64,000 bases of DNA, taken from positions 178,870,001 to 178,934,000 of the forward strand of contig OX597814.1 in assembly GCA_951406725.2 (NCBI GenBank). Direction: 5' to 3'. Shown one piece after another: positions 39,505-51,574 of this stretch. A program made the position numbers and the translations under genes. Each line of letters begins with the position of its first letter. Position 1 is the stretch's first letter. The notes under the pieces were generated by a model. The model saw nothing but the letters and a program-made list of their open reading frames with translations. It made no database searches and had not been told where the DNA came from. This stretch comes from Octopus vulgaris (lineage: Eukaryota).

Positions 39505-40937
39505 CGTTAAGAAGTGGCCTGTATTTTGTAATAAAGAGAGTTTCTTTACTTATTCGTTGTCTCGAGGTTGTATCGTCCCTGAATTGGTAGAGGGGGAAAA
39601 TCCTGAAGATTGGGGTTTTGATGTTGGCGCAAGTATCTATGTGTTGGCTGAATGCTATTTTTCTGTTTTGGGAAATTTTATCTGGGATCTGTGCAGGGCC
39701 ATTCTTTTACGCATACTATTTTTTGTTTGGCCTATGTACTGTTCTTGACACACAGAGCAGGTTAGTGTGTATATCAGGTTCTCCGAAACACATATGAAGT
39801 TGCTTTTCACTGTAAACCGTTGTCCCTGTTTGAAGGAGACTCTGATCCCTCAATTAGATAATCGCATATCCCGCAATTGGGTCTTCCACATTTTTTTACT
39901 GTCGGTTTCTGTTTTGAAGAGTGTATTCGGGCTTGTGTTAGGAGACTTTTCATAGATTTAGGCTGTCTCTTGCTTTTTATGATCGTGTGTGTTTGGAGGA
40001 TTGTGTTCATTCTGTGGTCTTTATTTAGGAGGGGTATGTTTTGGAGGATTGTGTCGAAGGCTTCATTGTTGAGAGGGTTGTGTGGGGAGATGTATGGTAA
40101 GGGTTTTGGTCGTAATTTTTTCTTTGATTTGGGATGTCTCAGTTCCCGGATGTTGAGTTGAAGGGCACGTTGAATGCATATGTCAATAAGTGAAGGTGGG
40201 TAGTTCCTGGTGATGAGGGTATCTTTTAGTTCTTTTAGACGTGTGTCTCTGGTGTTTGTATTAGAAACTATAGTACATATCCCTTTTGCTAGATTGAAGG
40301 GAATATTCATTCTGGTGTGTCTGGGGTGGCATGAATTGAATGGCAGGTATTGCTTAGAATCTGTAGGTTTATAGTATATGTCTGATTCTATTACGTTATT
40401 AGCTTTCTTAATGAGGATATCGAGGAAGGGGAGTTGTTGCTGGCTATATTCCATCGTGAATTGGATGTTTACGTCCAGTCCATTTAAAATTGCTTGGAAT
40501 TCTTTGAGTTTCTCTATATTTCCATGCCAAAGAATGAAACAGTCATCTAGATATCTCTGCCAATTGTTTTCTATGTAAATGGAGAAAGGGCTGCCATATA
40601 TTTCTAGAACCTCACGATACAGACTGATTTCTAGATATCCCATGACTAGGTTGGCAAAGGAGGGGGCCATTCGTGTACCCATCGCAGTCATGGATTTTTG
40701 TCGGTAGAAGTTGTCTTTGAAGGCGAAGAAGTTATTTTCCAGGATGAATCTAACTCCTTCTATCACGAATTCTTTTTTGATGCGATGTCGGAATTTGTTG
40801 GCGTGATTCTCTAGCCAGAATTGAATTGCCTCTATTCCTAGGTTGTGGGGGATATTTGAATAGAGGTTGACTACGTCGAAGGATACTAGTAGGGTGTTTT
40901 TGTATATAGTATTAGATAGGTGATTGAGCATATCCAA
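39505..40937 (-). pseudogene. PLE reverse transcriptase / GIY-YIG endonuclease ORF, truncated and frameshifted
   Basis: 376-aa RT ORF with YLDD. The endonuclease motifs continue in shifted frames down to ~39505. Confidence 0.9.
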
Positions 40938-41535
40938 CTCGTCCCTTATATAGATTTTGACATGTTTGAGGAGTGGTATATATACGTATATATATATATA
41001 TATTCATATATACATATATACAAATACATACATAAATATACATATACATGCATACACATATATACATAACATACAGTTAGATAATAGATAGATAGATATA
41101 GAGATATAGATAGATATTATTTACAAGTATATATATACACATAGGAAATATATATGCGTTTTTATAGAACTGTTTGTAAACTTCCTCCCATATATATATA
41201 TATATAGCTTCCTGCCTACATACCTTCCTACATACATACATACATACATACATACATACATACATACATACATACATACATACATACATACATACATCAT
41301 ACATACATAGCAGCATACAAACTTATATGGGAATATTGCAGCAACAATCAAACATTTCGTAAATCTGTTAGCTATTTTAGACAGTAGAAGACTGAATTTG
41401 ACGGCTTGAATAAACCACCTCTTTAGAGATTTTGTATGTCGTGTTCCTATCATTTATATACATTAGTATTCTGCTTCCTGCATTACTGTCTATTAGTGTC
41501 TTTTAAGTCTATATACTCTCTCTCACACCCACACC

Positions 41536-41603
<68 letters not shown>

Positions 41604-42434
41604 TGCATGTATATGTCTGTATTTGTTTCTAGGCATGCATGTAAATTTATCACTGTTCGTGTTTGTGTGTGTTTGCGGGCATGTGTCTGTATGTGTATGT
41701 AGTTATATCTTATAATCAACTTAACAGAAGTTTTAACAACATTATTCATTCAGAAAATGGCTGTCAGGTGAATATATAAAAAAGAATTAGCATCCATTTA
41801 CTTTTAATTTAATTAGTTAACCTGAAAATGTACATCGCTTATCAAATTAAATTTCCCCCTGGTGTGATATTAGAAAAGGTGTCGAACATTAAAATAGGTT
41901 AGACATGATTAATAGTTATTTTGCATAGCCGTTGACCTATTAGGTAGGAATGTTATAAGGTACCATTTGGAATGAAGGTCAATATCTCTGGAGAAAGGTA
42001 ATTCCTTTTGGAATACTTATAAATTCTTCAGACACCAAAATGCATGAAGGAGTTACCCAAACTTTTCAAAATTTGATTAAAAGTTATTAGAAAAAAAAAA
42101 AACAGACGTAAGGTAACTATTTATATACAATAAATTTGAGAGAATAACTAACTACACCTTTCAAATTAATGCATTTTCTTAGACAAGATTTTCTGCAAAT
42201 ATATTTAGATTTTGTAGACTGAATTGATATATGTATATATTTTTGATTTGTTTGATTCGCGATATGAGGTTGCTCAGAAGTTCTTGTCTGCCGTTCGAAG
42301 AGTGCTTAAAATCTTATCAGATGCAAAATATCTAGGACTACATCGGGAAGTACAAATTCTTGATGTTCTGAGGTGCAGAACATGTATGTATACTACCTAT
42401 TCTACCTCCTAATTTAAACACAGAATATATATAT

Positions 42435-42966
42435 ATCACTGTGACCGACCAGGCTATCAGATGTTGCTACACATCGCTAGTCAGAATGCGCTTCGCATCG
42501 TTTTAGCCTTCAAATGACACCACCCCGCTGGCTAAGCGAGCAGGCCAACAGAAGAAAGAGTGGGAGAAAGTTATGGCAAAAGAGTACAGCAGAGATCGCC
42601 ACCACCCCTGCCGGAGCATCGTGGAGCTTTTAGGTGTTTTCGCTCAATAAACACTCACAACGCCCGGTCTGGAATGGAAACCTATTTCATTATTACCCAC
42701 AAGGGGCTAAACACAGAGGGGACAAACAAGGACAGACATAGGTATTAAGTCGATTACATCGACCCCAGTGTTTAACTGGTACTTAATTTATCGACCCCGA
42801 AAGGATGAAAGGCAAAGTCGACCTCGGCGTAATTTGAACTCACAACGTAATACAGACGAAATACCGCTAAGCATTTCGCCCGGCGTGCTAACGTTTCTGC
42901 CAGCTCGCCGCCAACTGGACTGGAAACCGCGAATCCGCTGCCCTAACAACTGGGCCATTGCGCACC
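42435..42966 (-). mobile_element. SINE family A (tail type 2) interrupted by a family B SINE (42683-42912)
   Basis: The nested copy is flanked by the near-identical direct repeats ctggaatggaaacc (42669-42682) and ctggactggaaacc (42915-42928). Confidence 0.85.
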
Positions 42967-43019
42967 CACACACACACATCGTCAATCTGTGTAGCTATCC
43001 ATCCATCTACATATATATA

Positions 43020-43405
43020 AACTTTGGCATCGAGAGTTACACAAATACCAGAACTGGGCGCCACTGCATAGTGCCAAGGACTCCAAATTTGCCATCAAAA
43101 TGTAGGACAAGATACTGTGATAGCCTGGTCTTCCGAGGCCCACAGCTCTTCAATATCCTCCCGAAGAACCTAAGAGACCTGCATGGGGTGGATGCAGATG
43201 TCTTTAAAATGAAACTGGATCTCTTCTTGTCAGGTGTCCCAGATGAACCAACTTCACGGCAGGAGGTGCAGATGAGGGCAGCTGCATCGAACTCTCTCAT
43301 GCACCAGATGGCATTTGCTAAAAAGCACTCGTGAAGTAAAATCATGTAGCAACACCAAATGGCGGTGCCCCAGCATGGCCACAGCTTGTGAGCTGAACTA
43401 ACTAA
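43020..43405 (+). mobile_element. 3' end of a CR1/L2-group LINE
   Basis: Reads RTGRHC...SLVFRGPQLFNILPKNLR...FKMKLDLFLSGVPDEP, then a short 3' UTR ggcggtgccccagcatggcc...ctgaac and an A-rich end. Confidence 0.8.
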
Positions 43406-43554
43406 AAAAAAAAATATATATATATATATAATATGTGTTATATACCTATAAAATATAAATAATTTAAAATGTATGTATATAATTCATATTTACGTACATA
43501 CAGACAAACAATATATATATATATATATATATATTATTTATACATAAAAATAAT

Positions 43555-44255
43555 ATTTTCCGGTACAGAGAACAAGGTGTCATCATACCACTTTTTTCCT
43601 CCTTTGTACGGCCACACCTTGAATACTGCTGCCCACTGTGGTCTCCTCACACAAGACAAAACATCTCCAGAATTGTGTCACCCCAGAGGGCTCTCACTAA
43701 ACAAATTGAAGGCATGGCTGCTCTCGATTATTGGGATCGCCTTAAAGCCTTGAAACTTTACTCCCTCCAGCGTCGCCGTGAGCGGTACATCATTTGTACG
43801 ATGTGGAAAATATACCGCCAACTTTGCCCAAACGACCTAAACATTAGCTTCAAGGTTCATCCAAGACTTGGACCACGGGCTATACGTCCCCTGCCAAATT
43901 CAAGATCACAACATACATGTACACTGCAACATAATTTCTTTTCCTCAACAGGCCCTGCCCTATTTAACATTGTCCCGAGGGAGATCAAAGAGGAAAAGGA
44001 TCCCATCAACTTCAAACAGAGTCTGGATAGATTCCTTCAAAGAATACCAGATAAGCCAGCCATAATTGGATACAACTCACCCAACAAGAAATCACTACTT
44101 GAACAAAACTGGATACAACTCACCCAACAAGAACTCACTACTTGAACAAAACTTGACTTAAACAGGATTCGAATAATCCTATCAGGTGGTGCTATTAAGT
44201 TAGACATGGCCTGGACCAATCTCTGGTCGAAACATCTAAGTTTTATCTAAGTTTA
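43555..44255 (+). mobile_element. 3' end of a second CR1-group LINE, with an internal 43-bp tandem duplication (44067-44152)
   Basis: Reads FVRPHLEYCCPLWSPH, DYWDRLKALKLYSLQRRRERY, GPALFNIVP and FKQSLDRFLQRIPDKP. Confidence 0.85.
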
Positions 44256-44269
44256 TAAATTTATATCTA

Positions 44270-44309
<40 letters not shown>

Positions 44310-44310
<1 letters not shown>

Positions 44311-44742
44311 CGAAATGTTAGCGTGAAGCGGTGTTTAGACATAAACAAAATTTTGGTTAGTTAATATATGTATGTGACATATTTCAACTGCTAAATTCAC
44401 TTTCAAATGTCAAATTTACTATTGTTACCGAGTAGAAAATATCTCTCTTATGGTCAAATAGTGTGAAAATACCTGGTTTGTTCAGCGTCATCATTTATCA
44501 GGAAGTGCGAATATGTCAACTTTGTTGACATTTTACATTAAGATGTTGCTTTATAAGTTTGTTCAGTGTTGCCACTCTTAGGTACATCCCATTGACAAGA
44601 GTCCAAAACCTCGAAATATCGATGTCTGAAACTCTTGATGGATAGCGACACTGAATAAACCGGCTGTTTTCACACTTTTCTACCATCAGAGACATATTTT
44701 CTCCACGAACATTGCAATGTCACAATTATATTTTTACTATCC
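44310..44742 (+). mobile_element. Diverged fold-back element in (TA)n with a hammerhead
   Basis: ~44432-44489 aligns to the reverse complement of ~44648-44705. A hammerhead motif lies at 44590-44628. Confidence 0.65.
44590..44628 (+). ncRNA. Type I hammerhead motif with U3-A8 variant core
   Basis: CA UUGACAA GAG uccaaaac CUC GAAA UAUCGAUG UC UG. The cleavage triplet is GUC and stem III is near-palindromic. Confidence 0.55.
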
Positions 44743-44754
44743 TATATATGTATA

Positions 44755-44875
<121 letters not shown>

Positions 44876-45215
44876 TTATATTTATATTTATATATATATA
44901 TATATTATATATTCATACATATATACATATTGCGTCATTCGACTAGCTTTTTGTCTCTACAGAACTCATTGCAAGAGAAAACATTTAACGACTTAGATGG
45001 AGTCAAAATACATGTAGATAACATTTTTTTCCTCCAAACCATTGAAATTTTTTGCTGATGGGATATTTAAACTGCTTGACAGATGGGCAAAGGTCATTAA
45101 TATTAATGGAAATTATTTTATTGAATAAAATTTATTGAAACGTCACATATTTATATCCCCTTTTTGCATGTTAAAAACGCTGAGAATTTTCCGGACAACC
45201 AAATACAAAGCATAC

Positions 45216-45323
<108 letters not shown>

Positions 45324-46106
45324 ACAATTTAATTTTCAATTTCTTATTTTGTATTGATTTAATATTTGTACACGAGATAATCTAGATTTTCTCAATACGA
45401 CATGCATTTGATAACATCTGTTGGATTTAGTTCGTAATGGTCTTAGCATTAAGCAGGTATTTGCACTGATTCGTCTAAATGGCCTTAGACAACGATTTTA
45501 GAGGTTTTACATGTAACCGATGCTAACCTCAACATGGCTGGTAATGAACGCACAGTCAGTGAAAATGAAGTACTTATGCTTCTACAGATGTGGAACTAGA
45601 TATGTTTGCTTCTGTAGTCGGACAGTTCTGATTTAAGAAGACGATCATATGCGATGAGCAGATTTATGAGTATTCTGAAATTAATAATGTAGATACAGAC
45701 ATAGTAAATGATCACACCAAAGTTTGAAAGATGAATCTCAAAAACAAAAGAAAAAGGAAAGAAAATACAGTTTTAGAAAATAAATTCGTTGTCAGCATTT
45801 CAAATACATACAGAATTTCTAGGGTAAATACTTTAATTTGCAAACACAAATTTTGTATCGAGTACAACGAAGAATAAAAATACTATAATCATATAAAAAG
45901 AAAACCCACAGCCGCCAATACTAAAAAGTAAGCTAGATCATTATATTGCACTACTTGTGTAAATGAAGAAGACAAACACATCAAAGATTAAAATCTATAC
46001 AGTACTGCATTAACATTTTATTTATGTAAGAGGAAGCAGTATTTTACTTGGAAATAAAAAAAAGAAATCTTTCAGATCTTTTCTTTGTATACATACTATA
46101 GCTCCC

Positions 46107-46165
<59 letters not shown>

Positions 46166-46296
46166 CATATATTTGTATGTGTACATGTATACACATTTCT
46201 GTCTGTTTCTCAATATATCTCATCATTAAATATGTCTGTGTTTGTGTGTACGTGTATCAATGTGTGTTTGTACGTATATGTACATCTATATATGTA

Positions 46297-46347
<51 letters not shown>

Positions 46348-46842
46348 TTCGTGACACTATTTTAAATGGTTCATCGAGGTTTCGTAATTGTCTTCGGATA
46401 TTTCTTATGTCTTTGATCATGTGAGCAATATAATCTGAACATTGAATTTCAATAAAGGAACAAATTCACTGAGGCCTTGGGAATAATGATGTTATTATAA
46501 ATAAAGGACACCACGCTGGTTACGATGAATAAAGAACGTAGCATAACGAACTTCAGTAGCTAATAAAATATTCAGAATAAAATAAAATGCGTGGCTGGTA
46601 AACTTAATTGTTTTGAAACGTGGTTCGCTTTGGATAATTAAGTCTGCGAATGATTGGACAATTATGTTCCTCAGCGTCGCTGAAAATTGAAGTAAAAGTG
46701 ACTTTCTACTGGCGATAAATTTCAATATATGTGATGTCTGTGGGTAGTGGAGTGCTATTATAAAAGGACTAACAAAGACAGTACGCATTAAAAGGCTTCT
46801 GCAAACTTACACAAACGCATGCATACACACAAACCACATACG

Positions 46843-46912
<70 letters not shown>

Positions 46913-47020
46913 CATCTCTCTCTTTATATATGTATGTATGTATATATATATATATATATACACACACATACACACACACATATATATATATAGATAGATA
47001 GATATATATATGTAGATATA

Positions 47021-47136
<116 letters not shown>

Positions 47137-47141
47137 CAGAC

Positions 47142-47188
<47 letters not shown>

Positions 47189-48127
47189 TAGAATAAGTCA
47201 TTATCAAGGGTAACTACATATTAAACGCATAATGATCATACAAATACATCTCGAAAATTATATACACGCATCGGGGTGGCAGAAAGAAATATAAAGTATT
47301 TTTACTTCTTTGATCAATAAGAAAATGTAAGACCATGTATATACTTTGATTAAGTTTGAAATCCCGGAAATGTAAATAACCAAACCATGGTTTGAGAGAC
47401 ATCAAAAAAGAATCACCGTCACTTAAACATCTGAATCAATAATTTTGTAAATAAAGATTATTTTGGTATATGTGAAGGAGAATATAGCTTTGCTAAAAGT
47501 TTGTTTTCTTTTTTTCTTGAGCAAAGACAGAACATTTAAAATCAAGCAGATATATATTCGTTCAAAGTAACATTGAGAATTCTTACACAAATATCTAATA
47601 TTACCATATAACGAAAACTCCAATGCCGAAGCACTGCAGTTTGCCATAAAATGTCCTTCAGAAACATGCTTCTCACTGAAAATAATCACTTAATACGTTA
47701 ATATTCATACAAAAATTTCAAATATTTCAACCAAATATAGACTTACTAAGTTAGTAGAGGATAATTTCAGTACAAGCTTTGATAGCATAATTGCAGAAAT
47801 GAAATTATCTAGGCATTTGAATAAATAGAAAGGCCATTGTATTGATTTTCAATTCAGTGAATAGATTTCAAAGCTAAAACAGGGAGTTGTATAGATCTCA
47901 GCGTCATTATCTAGCACTCTTCAGTAAAATGACAACTCAATACGAAGTGCATCCATTTTATAGAAACAAAAAAATTGTTAATATCAAATAGAACATCTGG
48001 CATATTTTTATGTTCTGGCTTGCGTTCTGTTTATTGAGGATACAGACTGGATCAAGGAAATAAAGATGGTAGCTATTCTCTATAAGAATTTGAAGACACC
48101 AACGTTTGTTATATCAGTTACATCAGT

Positions 48128-48204
48128 CATTATTGTACATAGCTCAAAATATCAGATTAGGCTGTACATTATTGTACATAGCTCAAAATATCAGATTAGG
48201 CTGT
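48128..48204 (+). repeat. Perfect tandem duplication, period 39 bp
   Basis: cattattgtacatagctcaaaatatcagattaggctgt at 48128 and 48167. Confidence 0.95.
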
Positions 48205-49794
48205 GACTTGATGCGAGGTTTTACAGTTTCTGTATATGGAAAACAGAAAGAAAAGAAAAATACAAAAGCAAGATTGATAAAAAAAGTTCAAATGGTAAAA
48301 AAATAGGTAAGTAACAACGCAATGATATACAATAAGTACAGCCTGGCTGATGACTGAGGAATCAAACAATCATGATTTTCAATATAAGCACTTCAGAAAA
48401 GGAAATAGCAACGCATTATATCACTCACCCAAGATTATCAAATCTGTGCACAATTGCTTCAGTAATGAATAGATTAAACAGTTTACACCGAGAAGAGTTA
48501 CCTTTATCAAAACTGCTTGGTATTGCAAGACATTAATCACGCGTTTCATTACTAAGTAAGCAAATTTCATTCATTAAGAAATGACTCCAAAAGATAAACA
48601 GCATTATGATATAATACAATCCAATCTTAGACTTCATTTCCATTAGAAAGATCTCAAATTCTATTAGGCATTTAGCAAAAGTAATACACGGTAAAGTCTC
48701 AGTGGTATGCAGGCTTTATTCTCAATACATAATTTCGGAGAAAAGAGCTTAATGCCATCAGTGTGGCATATTGGCATGTCGAAAAAGGAAACAAGATATT
48801 TTCCATTGGATAAAATAAATTAACCACTTATAAATATCTCACAACTCATGGTTCATCAAATATAGCAGATTTTTCAGCCATCCCACTCCCGGAAAACCCA
48901 AACATCATTCTCAAACTTATTTATAAGGTTCCAGAAATGAAAAGCCACCAACACTACTGAGATTATCTTGCATAGAGCAGGACCATTTGGAAATTAATAT
49001 ATGTACTGCAACATTTATATTGACGAACAAAATGCTAAGAAGATATTCATCAGGTCATACGTACTAAGAATCGAAGTTTAAACTAATTCTAAAATAAGGT
49101 AATATAAATAAATTTGTTGCCATCACTTTGAACAAGATTTAACGTTATATGATATCATTGCGATTTAAATAGCTTATGATATTTCAGACTGGTCAAAAGT
49201 TGCAAAGTTATATAAGATTTCTTTCATTTCCTTAACCGTTACTGCGAGTCAGAAACAGTATTGTCGATGAACAAGATGAACAGCAGGGGTTCACAAACTT
49301 TTTCTTTGTCATGCTCAGTCGTCATCTGTGGGATTGTTGGAGTACTCACTGTGAAGAATATAATGTAAAATTTTAGAGCATCAGAGCACAAGCAGAGAAA
49401 TTTAATTGGATATTATCTAAATCAGCGTTCCAATCCAGCCGTTGTTAACTTTGCTTTCATCATTCTCACATCCATAACATAAATTACTAGATAAGTACTG
49501 AAGCTGATGATATCAAATATATTTGCCCCTGAAATTTTCGGGCTTGCACCTTATGTAAAATACGAACTGCAATCATTTTAATACTATATTTTTATACGAT
49601 GGACGAACATCAAAAGCATCATTAATCGTTAATCAAAAGCAACTAATCAGCATTGATTAAAATATCGCCATATGAATTTATAGATAATCCATTCTCCCTG
49701 GTAATTGCCTGGCAGAAAACACACCGTATAGATAATGTGTTTAAAAAGACACTGAATGGGGCTGTAAATGTTATCATCCGACTATACCAACGTG

Positions 49795-49927
49795 TTCCTG
49801 ATGTAATCTCCAGGGATACAGGCATCCAGCAACAGGACCTCCGTAATGCCATGATGGACCGTGAAGTCTGGCGTAGCATGGTAAATTCCATTGTCTCGAC
49901 CACGGTCGAACAATGATGATGATGATG
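49795..49927 (+). mobile_element. Extreme 3' end of an RTE/RTE-X-like LINE
   Basis: PDVISRDTGIQQQDLRNAMMDREVWRSMV...* followed by a (GAT)n tail. Confidence 0.65.
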
Positions 49928-50209
49928 TTCCTCCGTCGTTACAGTTCATCAACAATAGACAAGGAATCCGTCATTCTGTCTCCGAAGAAGTACCTCACCA
50001 GCATATTTCAGAAACACGTGTCCTGCTTAAAGAACAATTGGTATGTAGATACTAACGGCTAATGACAGAAAATTCGATAGTACAAGGGCATCTGGACTTC
50101 TGCCTCGACCTAGAAATAAATAATTGTACACGCGTGCATTCACACAAACACACACTTATACATATAAATATACAAATATAAATATATGTATATGTATGCA
50201 TGTAATTAG

Positions 50210-50251
<42 letters not shown>

Positions 50252-50253
<2 letters not shown>

Positions 50254-50748
50254 TCGGTGCGTGCGAATGATTTTGTTTTAAGGCGCCATGTTCTACAATA
50301 ATGGTATTTTTATAAGCTTAAATCTTATGGCGATCACCGTACAATGACTAGGGACAATAGTCTATTAAATAGGCATACAAACTCTCGACTGAAAGAAGAA
50401 TGCGTTCCTATCCGCGTGGGACACGAACCCACATCCCTTTGTTAACGCGACTAGGTGTGTTACCTTTACACCAGCGAATTAGCCTCCCTGTTTCTGTCAA
50501 ATTTAAGAAATATATTAGTTCACAATTGTTTAATGTAAAGAAACATTCTATGTGCTTTCGGTGCGAATGGTTTCGTTATACGGCGCCGTGTTTTACAATC
50601 ATGTAAATAATATTTATAATATCTTAAAGCTTATGGCGATCACCGTGCAATTACTAAGGAAAATAATCCAATAAAAGGACATGTGAGCCCTCAACAGAAA
50701 AAAGAAGGCTTACCTATGAGCGGATAAGCTTTAAACTTATATAAATAT
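50252..50748. repeat. 1.5-copy tandem repeat (period ~306 bp) containing a tRNA-like sequence, flanked by (TA)n
   Basis: cttatggcgatcaccgt has ggcgat at 50329 and 50635. The gtgcgaatg and ggcgcc blocks also repeat. Confidence 0.8.
50409..50481 (-). tRNA. tRNA-like sequence (pseudo-tRNA or SINE-head-like); anticodon not assignable
   Basis: Acceptor AUUCGC/GCGGAU, D arm GUGU-aaaggua-ACAC, T arm GUGGG-uucgugu-CCCAC. The anticodon arm is irregular. Confidence 0.55.
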
Positions 50749-50749
50749 C

Positions 50750-50802
<53 letters not shown>

Positions 50803-51209
50803 AACACACACATGCAAATCTGCATCCACCTACATACAGTCGCAGAAACACAGACACACATTTCTACATACATATACTGATTAGCAGTAGAAGGCACTAT
50901 TCTTAATGGAAAATTACCATTCCATTTTAAAATCGGGATGTTTATTTTAATCATTTGATATCCAATATACTACACACTGAATATCAAATCGCCTGTATCT
51001 GTTTATTGGCACAAATCATGCAAGGCTTCTATTTGTAATGCTTGCACGATCTAATACTATTTCAAGGTATGCACTTGTAACCTGGAAGTTTAATATGCAA
51101 ATTAAAATAATAACGAACGAAGAAACAATTAAATACAAACCTCATTGAACACTGGTATATAAATATATGCGTTTATATAGGTGGGTTTGTGCGTATGTGT
51201 TAGTTTGTG

Positions 51210-51272
<63 letters not shown>

Positions 51273-51574
51273 TTGTGCCACATTATATTATATGAGAAGA
51301 TTCCTTAAGCGAACTCACTTAGGTCAATATGGATACAAGGAAATCGTGAAAGTAATATCAAAGTAAATAGGTTCACTCTTAGATCTATACGAGCTTTGCT
51401 AGCTTACTGGTTGGATATTATTTGAAGTTAATATGTTATTTCTCGTTAAGGTCTAAAATTAGATAACAACATCTTATGCCTCCATGTTGAAAATATATCC
51501 AAACCTAATGAAATTTCGTAAATTTCCTTCGATTAATTTGGGAAAGTAGGCGACAAGGACTGGCCTCAATGACA

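Larger units (their letters stand above)
38505..40976 (-). mobile_element. 5'-truncated Penelope-like element: RT, GIY-YIG, long 3' region with (TTC)n/(TCA)n and a terminal hammerhead
   Basis: ORF 40937-39807 has LLVSFDVVNLYSNIP, AMGT.MAPSFANL.MG, RYLDDCF, LPFLD and CGRPNCGIC. After a frameshift it reads NLIYTLTCSVCQEQYIGQT...RMALH and R.SKE.LFI.KY.PLLN. (TA)n flanks both ends. Confidence 0.92.
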
